A stretch of DNA of 64,000 bases from an uncultured delta proteobacterium. Lineage in GTDB: Bacteria > Bdellovibrionota > FAC87 > UBA2466. The translations under genes and the position numbers were made by a program. The notes beneath the pieces are model-generated. The model saw only the letters and a list, made by a program, of their open reading frames with translations, was not told the DNA's origin and did not search any database. Location of the stretch: positions 1-64,000 of the forward strand of contig CAVZSV010000001.1 in NCBI GenBank assembly GCA_963778115.1. The letters run 5' to 3'. Position 1 is the stretch's first letter; each line of letters starts with the position of its first letter. Of the stretch, positions 49,851-58,168 are shown piece after piece.

Positions 49851-51980
49851 GTGACACTCAAAGAATATCGTCGCAAACGAAAGTTTAACCATACTCCTGA
49901 GCCCGATGCCTCAGCCAAAATCCGCCCGGGTAAGGGGCTATTGCGCTTTGTCGTGCAAAAACACCTGGCCTCGCGCGAACACTACGATTTTCGTTTGGAA
50001 TTCGACGGAACGCTAAAGAGCTGGGCAGTTCCCAAGGGGCCCTCTTTAACCTCCCAACAGCCAAGGCTTGCGCTTCACGTCGAAGATCACCCTATTGATT
50101 ACGGCTCTTTCGAGGGAACCATCCCCCGGGGAAACTACGGAGCGGGTACGGTAATGATTTGGGACTGGGGAACGTACGTGGAGCGAAATTCACAAGGGCG
50201 TAAGGACAGTGAAAAAGCGCTTCGAAAGGGGCTAGAGAACGGCCACATCACTTTTGTCCTCCACGGCAAGAAGCTTCGCGGTGAATTTGCTCTAGTCCGA
50301 ATTAAGAGGAAAGGAGCTCCCCCGAACGGATGGCTCCTTATCAAAAAACATGATGCCGAGGCGACACGTGCTGATGTCTTACTGCAAGACCGATCGGTTG
50401 CCACCGGTAGAACCTTAGATGAGATAGAGAACCAAGCCGAAGCTCGAGGAGAGATTTGGCTCCCGGGCAAAGGCCGCAAAGGCACGCGCACGCCCTCTTA
50501 CGCCAAAAACAAACCACGTAAAGTGATCCCTCCAAGGGTAAAGCCCAAAACTAGATCCGAAAAACCAGTTCCGATACCTCGTACTGTTAAGGCTATGGAG
50601 CCTGTCTTTGCCACTTCGGCTCCCGGCAAGCACGCCAAAGACGAATGGGTCTTTGAAAACTTTGGCCGAGGAAGCAGAGCCCTTGCCGAAGTAGACAAAG
50701 CAAGCGCTAGACTTTTTTCGAAATCGCATCTTCCCTTCGCAAAGAAATATAGCGCTATCACTGAAGCTCTAAAAAAATTAAATTGCGAAGTTATTTTGGA
50801 TGGTGAGATCGTTATCGACGGAAAAAAGGAGACCTACTTCATAAGTGATTTGCTTTTCCAAAACGGGAAAGATCTGCGCCCTCTCCCTCTCAAGGAAAGG
50901 AAAAAAGCGCTATCCAGAATGAAGTTTTCCTTTCCCTTGCAACTGACCCCTTGGAAAACAGATTACGCGGCGCTGGACACACTACCACCTCCTTGCGTCA
51001 TCGTTGCCAAACGAAATGACTCTTCTTACCACAGCGGTCTTTCGAAAGACTGGCTTCGTTTTCGAAGTAAGTCCTTTGGAACACCCGCGGAGCAATCCTC
51101 CGAACGCCCTGCTTTAACCCATCTCGACAAAATCTTCTGGCCCGAAGAGAAATATACGAAAGGGGATCTCGTTCACTATTACGAATCGATCGCTGATTTC
51201 ATTCTTCCTTATATGGTCGATAGACCCCAGTCTCTTCACCGACAGCCCGATGGATTAAAGAACGACGGCTTTTTCCATAAGGATATGGCGAGCTTTTTGC
51301 CCCGCCGCATGCAAACCGTTAGGGTGTACTCGGCCTCGTCGGGAAAGACGGTTAATTATGTACTCTGCCAAGACCGCTGGGCTTTGCTGTATCTGGTAAA
51401 TTTGGGCTGTATTGAATTTAATCCTTGGCTCTCCCGTCAGCAAAACTTGGAACACCCTGATTTAGTCGTGATCGATCTTGATCCGGACGGAAATGACTTT
51501 CGAGAGGTCGTAAAAGTAGCTCTCGAGGTCCATCGATTGTTAAATAAGATTAAAGCGGACAGTTACTGCAAGACCTCAGGGGCAAGTGGCCTACACATCT
51601 GTATCCCTACGGGTGGGAAATTTGACTACGACACCGGACGACTTTTCGCCGAGGCCGTTTGTAACGTCATCCATCTTAAGCTTCCTTCGCTAACCAGTGT
51701 CGAGAGAAACCCGGCCAAGCGAAAAGGGCGAATCTATTTAGACTTTCTTCAAAACCGACGAGGCCAAACCCTAGCGGCCGCTTACTGTGTTCGCCCCCGC
51801 CCCAAAGCTACGGTATCGACTCCCTTAAAATGGTCGGAAGTGAAAGCAAGTCTTAGGCCCGAACAATTTACGATTAAGACGATGGCTCGTCGATTAGCTC
51901 GAGTTGGTGATTTATGGAAGCCCCTACTTAGTTCAGCCGTGGATATTGAAGCCTGTATGAAGCGTTTGTCGAAGCTCTAG
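49851..51980 (+). CDS. ligD: LigD-like protein: phosphoesterase, degenerate ligase and primase-polymerase domains
   Basis: PE motifs FVVQKH..HYDFRLE..SWAVPKGP..VEDHP..Y and Pol motifs IDLDP, KTSGASGLHI and YLDFLQN are intact. Ligase motif I reads ENFGRGSR. Confidence 0.9.
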   Translation: MTLKEYRRKRKFNHTPEPDASAKIRPGKGLLRFVVQKHLASREHYDFRLEFDGTLKSWAVPKGPSLTSQQPRLALHVEDHPIDYGSFEGTIPRGNYGAGTVMIWDWGTYVERNSQGRKDSEKALRKGLENGHITFVLHGKKLRGEFALVRIKRKGAPPNGWLLIKKHDAEATRADVLLQDRSVATGRTLDEIENQAEARGEIWLPGKGRKGTRTPSYAKNKPRKVIPPRVKPKTRSEKPVPIPRTVKAMEPVFATSAPGKHAKDEWVFENFGRGSRALAEVDKASARLFSKSHLPFAKKYSAITEALKKLNCEVILDGEIVIDGKKETYFISDLLFQNGKDLRPLPLKERKKALSRMKFSFPLQLTPWKTDYAALDTLPPPCVIVAKRNDSSYHSGLSKDWLRFRSKSFGTPAEQSSERPALTHLDKIFWPEEKYTKGDLVHYYESIADFILPYMVDRPQSLHRQPDGLKNDGFFHKDMASFLPRRMQTVRVYSASSGKTVNYVLCQDRWALLYLVNLGCIEFNPWLSRQQNLEHPDLVVIDLDPDGNDFREVVKVALEVHRLLNKIKADSYCKTSGASGLHICIPTGGKFDYDTGRLFAEAVCNVIHLKLPSLTSVERNPAKRKGRIYLDFLQNRRGQTLAAAYCVRPRPKATVSTPLKWSEVKASLRPEQFTIKTMARRLARVGDLWKPLLSSAVDIEACMKRLSKL

Positions 51981-52051
51981 CACAATTAACCTTCTTGAAT
52001 TTTCGTCAATCCGATCGCATTTTTCTCCGAAAGAGAGACAGGAGAAAACGA

Positions 52052-52693
52052 ATGGCTAAATCGACGACTAAGCACAAAGCGGGTAAAGCGCCTGAGAAAA
52101 AACAGGCCTCTTCCAAATCGGAATTTTTCAAAACGCGCAAGTCTCGGGAAGAACAACAAGAAGCGGGAGATACCATCACCCCACCCGAGGAAATTAAACA
52201 GGCTATCGACGCCTTTCGCGACGCCCAAGAACAAGCCAAGCACTTCGAAGGAGAAGCAACCGTTCAGAAGGATGCCATCACCGATTACTCTTTAAAGGAG
52301 TACACCAAGAGGGTTTTGAAAGGAAAAACTCGTTCGTTTAAACTTTTGGGCGAACAGAGCATGGTCACTTACGTGGTGATGGACGCCAGCGCTGGTATCA
52401 CCGATGAAGAGGTAGAAGCTTTTAAAGAACGTTGGGGGGAGAAAGCCGCAGACGATTTGATCACTAGAGACCTAGCCAGCATTCGCTTTGACAGTGAAGT
52501 GTTCGAAGCCAACTACGATGCCGTGGTCGAGGCTTTGAAAGTCCTTCCTAGTGACGTTCTGGATAATCTCTTCAAACCGATGCTGATGAAAGCCAAACCC
52601 GGTGCGGTGGAAGCAGGAAAAAAATACGCGAAATCCGCCGAAGACTTAAGAGAACTCGTCCGACAGCTTAAAATACGGAATTACATAAGATAA
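52052..52693 (+). CDS. Hypothetical protein with a basic N-tail and coiled coil (possibly Gam-like)
   Basis: AGGAG RBS before ATG 52052; 213 aa; lies between ligD and the mini-ligase. Confidence 0.8.
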   Translation: MAKSTTKHKAGKAPEKKQASSKSEFFKTRKSREEQQEAGDTITPPEEIKQAIDAFRDAQEQAKHFEGEATVQKDAITDYSLKEYTKRVLKGKTRSFKLLGEQSMVTYVVMDASAGITDEEVEAFKERWGEKAADDLITRDLASIRFDSEVFEANYDAVVEALKVLPSDVLDNLFKPMLMKAKPGAVEAGKKYAKSAEDLRELVRQLKIRNYIR

Positions 52694-52733
52694 GACGGTT
52701 GCGCGTTTCCCTAATGTTGCTTATGTTCTCTCC

Positions 52734-53357
52734 ATGTTGGGAATCGATCCTCGTAGCATCTATGCCGAAACCATTTTTACACGGCGGACTGTAGTGATGT
52801 CCTCGGTTTACATCAGAGCGATGCATCCCAAAAGTGAGATTCTACCAGAGCCTGAGGCTATCTCGCGCATCTTGGCGAATGGATGGGTGGGTCAGCTTAA
52901 GATTCACGGACATAGAGCCCAAATCCATATCCCCTCAGATCCTAAAGAGCATCTCATCGCATACACGCGTCAGGGAAAGAGGCACAGTGTTGACCTGACA
53001 CCTTCTATGATTAAAGAGCTCACTCGGCTCTTTAGACCCATTAAAGGTTGGAATGTGATTGACGCGGAATGGCTAAAACCCAGAAAAAAACTTTTTATCT
53101 TCGACTTTCTTAAACAAGAAGGCATTTTGCTTAGGGACAAAACTTACCCCGAACGGTTCGCTCTGCTCCCTCGAGCCTTTCTCTCCCCGCATTTGAGCGT
53201 CTTGCCCTTGCTTCGAGACCTGCCCTCTTGCCTAGAGGCCATGAACTCTAAAGCAGCCCATGTCGAAGGCTTGGTGTTTAAATCCACCAAGTCGACCGGA
53301 TTTTCGGACACTTCCATTATTCGCTGCCGCAAGCGAAAGATGAAGAAAATGGCATAA
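52734..53357 (+). CDS. Stand-alone ATP-dependent ligase nucleotidyltransferase domain (no OB domain)
   Basis: Motifs I KIHGHR, Ia YTRQG, III IDAEW, IIIa FIFDFL, IV EGLVFK and V RCRK. Confidence 0.82.
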   Translation: MLGIDPRSIYAETIFTRRTVVMSSVYIRAMHPKSEILPEPEAISRILANGWVGQLKIHGHRAQIHIPSDPKEHLIAYTRQGKRHSVDLTPSMIKELTRLFRPIKGWNVIDAEWLKPRKKLFIFDFLKQEGILLRDKTYPERFALLPRAFLSPHLSVLPLLRDLPSCLEAMNSKAAHVEGLVFKSTKSTGFSDTSIIRCRKRKMKKMA

Positions 53358-53382
53358 TGAGAGCAATGCTCACTTCCGACAA

Positions 53383-54243
53383 GTGGGCATGGCTAAGACA
53401 TGGGTCGGAATTTCAGGTTGGACATTTCCGGGATGGAGAGGAACTTTTTATCCCAAAGACCTTACCCAAAAGCGCGAGCTGCAATACGCAAGCCGCCAGC
53501 TAAGCTCGATCGAAATTAATGGCACATTTTATTCCCTTCAAAGGCCAGAGACTTTTCAAAGATGGTCCGACCAAGTCCCCGAAAATTTTATCTTCGCCGT
53601 TAAAGCCCCTCAGTACATCACTCATATCCGGCGGCTCAAAGAGGTAGCCGAACCGCTGGCTAATTTTTTTGCCTCCGGACTTCTGTGCCTAAGAAAGAAA
53701 CTGGGGCCCATTCTTTGGCAATTTCCGCCAAACGTGATGCTCAAAGACGATCGATTTGAGAAATTCTTGAGACTTCTTCCTCAGGATGCCAAATCAGCAT
53801 CTCGATTGGCGCGCAAACATGGTAAGAAAGTAGAGGGACGCGCTTTTACCAAAGCCCAGGGTGATTTCAAAGTCCGACATGCTTTTGAGTTTAGGCACAA
53901 AAGCTTTCTCAATAAAGACTTCGTTGACTTGCTTAGAGAACATAATGTCGCCTTCGTTTTTGCCCACGAGGGAGGGGAACGCGCTCCTTACACCGAAGAC
54001 CCAACGGCCGATTTTATCTATGCAAGACTTCACGGTGAAGGCAAACGCTTCAAGAAGGGCTATCCCGATCGCGAGATAGCCGAATGGGCTTCTAAAATCA
54101 GCCATTGGAATCGCAAAGGCCTCGATGCTTTTGTCTATTTCAGCAATGAGGCTAAGGTCTATTCCCCGAATGGGGCGACCAAGTTGCTCAAAAAACTCGG
54201 CGCTGAAGCTGCTCTATCTTCCAAGAAAAGAAAGGCAGCGTAA
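53383..54243 (+). CDS. DUF72 (YecE-like) protein
   Basis: GISGW, IEINGTFY, FAVKAP..ITH, LWQFPP, EFRH.S and YARLHG motifs. Confidence 0.93.
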   Translation: MGMAKTWVGISGWTFPGWRGTFYPKDLTQKRELQYASRQLSSIEINGTFYSLQRPETFQRWSDQVPENFIFAVKAPQYITHIRRLKEVAEPLANFFASGLLCLRKKLGPILWQFPPNVMLKDDRFEKFLRLLPQDAKSASRLARKHGKKVEGRAFTKAQGDFKVRHAFEFRHKSFLNKDFVDLLREHNVAFVFAHEGGERAPYTEDPTADFIYARLHGEGKRFKKGYPDREIAEWASKISHWNRKGLDAFVYFSNEAKVYSPNGATKLLKKLGAEAALSSKKRKAA

Positions 54244-54251
54244 CGCCGGCT

Positions 54252-55199
54252 ATGAATTCCGGGGATCACATCTCGGTCGCTTCCATTAGCGATACGAATT
54301 ATCTTCCTTATCTAGCTGCCTTGCTACAGTCCATCCGTGCGTCAAACCACAAGAGAAAAATCTCCTTCACTTGCATAAGTATGGGGATCTCCCCCACCGA
54401 GCAAAAAAGATTGTGCTCCTTTTTCCAAGACATGGGTGAACTCAAGTTCATCGAATGGGACTTCTCGGCCAATTTTAAGAAGTATCCTCTATTTCATGGA
54501 AGCCACGCTGCCTATGCGAAGATCTCACTGCCCGACTTACTTCCCGAACTGACTCGAGTCATCTACCTCGATGCGGATACTATCGTTCAGGGTGATCTGC
54601 TTGAACTCTGGGAAAAGGATCTCAACGGGCAAATCATTGGCGCCGAAATGGAATGGGGAGGGCGACAGCCCCCCGCCCCGGAGACAAATCACTTTAATTC
54701 GGGTGTGCTCGTTTACGATCTGAGTGCTTGGCGCCAGAACTCCATCTCTCAACAAATAGTAAATTGGCTCCAGAACCATCCCAGCCAGATTCGAAACGCC
54801 GAGCAAGATGCGATGTGGGAAGTATTTGAAGGACGTTGGGCACGCCTCGGTCCTTCGTGGAACGTGACGGGATTTTTTTTCAGTTCCGCCGTTCTCAGCA
54901 CATCCATTTCCAATCGCGAATCCTGTGGCGTTCTAAGTCATCCTAAAATCATTCACTATATGCCATCCAAACCGCTAACTAAGGAATCTTCACACCCCCT
55001 CGAATATCTCTTCTATTCGAATTTTTCAAAAACTCCCTACGGACCGCGGATCTCCTTCTTAACCACGCTTCGTTTGCTACTTCGAAAGGAATTTATCCTC
55101 TTGGATGGCCGTTTCACCCGTTTCGCCCTTACCCGCGGTCTGTCACACCTCGTCGGTAATTTACGCACGCTCCACAAGAGAGTGCTTCATAAGCCGTGA
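54252..55199 (+). CDS. Glycosyltransferase family 8
   Basis: YLDAD, FNSGV, EQDA, WN and IIHY motifs. Confidence 0.9.
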   Translation: MNSGDHISVASISDTNYLPYLAALLQSIRASNHKRKISFTCISMGISPTEQKRLCSFFQDMGELKFIEWDFSANFKKYPLFHGSHAAYAKISLPDLLPELTRVIYLDADTIVQGDLLELWEKDLNGQIIGAEMEWGGRQPPAPETNHFNSGVLVYDLSAWRQNSISQQIVNWLQNHPSQIRNAEQDAMWEVFEGRWARLGPSWNVTGFFFSSAVLSTSISNRESCGVLSHPKIIHYMPSKPLTKESSHPLEYLFYSNFSKTPYGPRISFLTTLRLLLRKEFILLDGRFTRFALTRGLSHLVGNLRTLHKRVLHKP

Positions 55200-55275
55200 T
55201 TTCACTCTGGCATTAAAGCTGCATCCAAATACACTATTCGAGCCGTGCAAAAACGGAGTTTCAAGGAGAGCGCTT

Positions 55276-55953
55276 ATGTTACGAATCGCGTTTATCTATT
55301 TTATTTTTCTTTGCCCTTCGTCTTACGCATCGGCTTCTCGGGAAACGGGAACCGTATCGCAATATCTGCTCGATCCAGCAGGCCATGTGAATGGAGTATT
55401 TCTAAAGGACGGAACCAGTGTGAAGGTGTCCTCGGAATTAGGGTCTCGGCTCGCCGAATTCATAAAGCCTGGGGATACGATTACGGTCGTACCTGAACAG
55501 GTTGGTCGAGTCACCAAGCAAGGGAAAGAGATCCGAGCCTATTCCGTCGCAAATAACAACACGGGAAAGGCATTAGTCGACAAGCGGGCAGCTGAATCCC
55601 CGAGCTCTTCAAGGTCTCAATCCCCTGTGGCAAGGACTGAAATGTCCGTTACGGGCCGAATTCAGCATTTTCTTGTAGATGAAAGAGGTGACATTGACGG
55701 GGTTATCTTAAGCCATGGATCCCAAGTGAAGATACCACCGGCAGTGGGAAACAATCTGCTGTCGGTCGTTCAGAAGAAATCACAGGGATTACTTACCGCG
55801 ACAGGGTTAGGCACTCGAACGAATCTGGGAACGGTAGTGGTGGGAAGTGCTTTAACGTTCGACGGAATCATCATTTCACAAAGCGGCCCGGCAGATATGC
55901 CACCGATAGGACCTGACTATTCCCATCCACTGCCGCCCCTGCCCGCGGAGTAA
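55276..55953 (+). CDS. Secreted protein with two tandem OB-fold-like repeats
   Basis: AGGAG RBS and signal peptide. Repeats are GTVSQYLLDPAGHVNGVFLKDGTSVKV and GRIQHFLVDERGDIDGVILSHGSQVKI. Confidence 0.7.
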   Translation: MLRIAFIYFIFLCPSSYASASRETGTVSQYLLDPAGHVNGVFLKDGTSVKVSSELGSRLAEFIKPGDTITVVPEQVGRVTKQGKEIRAYSVANNNTGKALVDKRAAESPSSSRSQSPVARTEMSVTGRIQHFLVDERGDIDGVILSHGSQVKIPPAVGNNLLSVVQKKSQGLLTATGLGTRTNLGTVVVGSALTFDGIIISQSGPADMPPIGPDYSHPLPPLPAE

Positions 55954-56094
55954 CCACTTTCGTTGCGAGGAGCAGGAGAGACTTGTCCGCCCCGTAGCCT
56001 TGGCATAGGCGCAAGCAGTCCGCAGGAGGAGGAGCGTCGTAAAACATGACTCCCCCGTTCTTCAAACTCACGTTATAATTTCCCCAAGCTCCTA

Positions 56095-56691
56095 ATGGAA
56101 ACGCCCCGAAAAATCATCGTCGTAGGAACCAGTGGTTCCGGAAAGACCACTTTTAGTCACTCTCTATCCCAGATTCTCAATCTCCCCCACGTCGAAATGG
56201 ACGCCTTCTTCTGGCAAGCCAACTGGGTCCAAGCTCCGGCCTCGGTCTTTATAGAAGGAATAGACAAAGCCACCGAAGAGAAAACTTGGGTATTAGATGG
56301 AAATTGGGGAGGAAAAGAAGATGATTTCAGAACGAAGATCTTTAGCCGTGCGGATACTTTCGTATGGTTGGACTATTCCTTCTCATTGGTATTTTTTCGC
56401 ATCTTTGTCAGAACCCTCCGTAGAATTCTCCTAAGACAGCCCTTATGGGCCGGCAATCGTGAGTCATTGGTAAGAACCTTCTTTACCAAAGACTCGATGC
56501 TCTTCTGGGTGATCAAGACCTATAAGAGAAGAAAAATTCAATATAGCGCTTTGGTTCATAAACCTTATGCCGCGCATCTGAAAGTGGTTCATTTGAAAGA
56601 TCAAGCGCAAACGACTAGCTATCTAAACCGCTTAAAGCAGTGCCAAGAAAAAAGTACGGCCCTACTTTGCGAAACCGAAGTCGCAAAGTAA
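56095..56691 (+). CDS. P-loop kinase-like protein (topology modulation/adenylate kinase-like)
   Basis: GTSGSGKTT, WVLDGN, ADT.VWLD and GNRES motifs. Confidence 0.85.
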   Translation: METPRKIIVVGTSGSGKTTFSHSLSQILNLPHVEMDAFFWQANWVQAPASVFIEGIDKATEEKTWVLDGNWGGKEDDFRTKIFSRADTFVWLDYSFSLVFFRIFVRTLRRILLRQPLWAGNRESLVRTFFTKDSMLFWVIKTYKRRKIQYSALVHKPYAAHLKVVHLKDQAQTTSYLNRLKQCQEKSTALLCETEVAK

Positions 56692-56696
56692 GGCCG
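56648..56696 (-). terminator. Strong intrinsic terminator of the histone gene
   Basis: Minus-strand RNA CGGCCUUACUUUGCGA-CUUCGGUU-UCGCAAAGUAGGGCCG, then UAC and a U6 tract. Confidence 0.85.
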
Positions 56697-56721
56697 ACCT
56701 TTTCTAAAAATCGTCCTAAAA

Positions 56722-56919
56722 CTACGGAAGAATAAAATCGTAACTTCGAACGGTCTTGCGTCCGTTCGCTTTGGCGCGCTTGGCGGCCTGTTCTAGAAGC
56801 CAGTTGGCCCAGCCATTAAGTCCGTTCATTGCGTCACCCGACGTATTGCAGCCGTACTTTTTTAAGATCGCTTTTGCTTTGCTCGTGACAATAATGGGTT
56901 CCATTTTCATTTTGGCCAT
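56722..56919 (-). CDS. Bacterial histone-fold protein (Bd0055/HBb-like)
   Basis: 65 aa with IIVTSKAKAILK..NTSGD..L..AAKRAKANGRKTVRSYDF (RxTxxxxD), a GGAGG RBS and its own terminator. Confidence 0.9.
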   Translation of the reverse strand: MAKMKMEPIIVTSKAKAILKKYGCNTSGDAMNGLNGWANWLLEQAAKRAKANGRKTVRSYDFILP

Positions 56920-56986
56920 TGAGATCCTCCTAAGTTGAAGAGAAAGAATAAACTACAGTGACTCGAAATTCTACCGACAAACGGCC

Positions 56987-58168
56987 TTACCGAAAACTGA
57001 AACTCCATTTTCCTTTGCCGCGCCGTGCTTTAATTAACCCCACAGATTTTCTAAAACGCAGATTCAACGGTTCGGAATAGTAAAACGAGATCAGGCCTGC
57101 CGCTAAACAAGACAGGGCTAAAAAGGATAACAATAGGACGGGCTTTGCGTAATAACCCACATCATCCCGCTTAACGGCGAGCTTGATAAAGGCTAAGACA
57201 ATCACATGAAAGAGGTATAGTTCGTAGCTTTTCCTACCCAACCACTGGATGACGCGACTAAATCCGTTTTTCAATGCTCTGCTCTGGTTCCCTGTTTGGT
57301 CCGTCGCTAAAAGCATGCCCCCCGAAGACAGGGCGATAAGCGAAACTCCGTAGACTACATTCTTCATAATACCGCCGTAGCAATAGACGAATACCCATAG
57401 ACTCGCCGAAATTAGAAGAAGGAAATGGAGCATTCGAGGGGAAAGTTTCACCTTGGGTTTAAGAATCGCAACTAGACAACCAATAGCTATGGCATCGAAG
57501 CAGGAAAGATAACCGTAAAGCGCTACTATCTCGTCGGTTCTATGGAAAAACCGAAACACGGGCCCCGCCACCACAAAAAGACCCAGTGCGAATATAATCA
57601 GTACCTCTTTGTGCAGCAAGAGACAGAGGATGGGAAAGGTAAGATAAAACATCTCTTCCACTGAAAGTGACCAAAGAACATTTAGGCAGTAATTGAAGTA
57701 TCCATATTTCGCCATGAGCAAATTGTGGGTAAATGTGGCAATAGAAAGTACGCTGATCCATAAAGAGACCTTACCTGCGTTGTTTGAAAAGATTTGGATT
57801 CCCAGGACAGAAAACACGACCACCATGCCCACCATCAAAGTAACATTGGGAGCAATGCGGGCGAAGCGAAAGGAATAAAATGCTGGCAACTCTATGTGCC
57901 CCAGCGAACCAAATCGTCTCAAAGAGGTCGAGGTAATGAGAAAGCCTGAAATCACAAAGAATAGAGTCACTCCATAGTTCCCATTTACCACAATCGGATG
58001 CAGCAAAAATTGGGGGATAAAGGTCGAAAAAAATCCATCATCTAGATGATAGGCAATTTGAAAATGCCTAATGAGAACCAAAAGGATGGCAACTCCCCGA
58101 AGAAGGTCCACGAACCCGTTTCTACGAGAGGACTCGGAAATTAATTTAGAATTTATAGGGAAGCTCAT
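56987..58168 (-). CDS. Acyltransferase family 3 (OafA-like) membrane protein
   Basis: DLLRGVAILLV..H, GVTLFFVISGFLIT, WSLSVEEMFY and SYELYLFH motifs. Confidence 0.93.
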   Translation of the reverse strand: MSFPINSKLISESSRRNGFVDLLRGVAILLVLIRHFQIAYHLDDGFFSTFIPQFLLHPIVVNGNYGVTLFFVISGFLITSTSLRRFGSLGHIELPAFYSFRFARIAPNVTLMVGMVVVFSVLGIQIFSNNAGKVSLWISVLSIATFTHNLLMAKYGYFNYCLNVLWSLSVEEMFYLTFPILCLLLHKEVLIIFALGLFVVAGPVFRFFHRTDEIVALYGYLSCFDAIAIGCLVAILKPKVKLSPRMLHFLLLISASLWVFVYCYGGIMKNVVYGVSLIALSSGGMLLATDQTGNQSRALKNGFSRVIQWLGRKSYELYLFHVIVLAFIKLAVKRDDVGYYAKPVLLLSFLALSCLAAGLISFYYSEPLNLRFRKSVGLIKARRGKGKWSFSFR

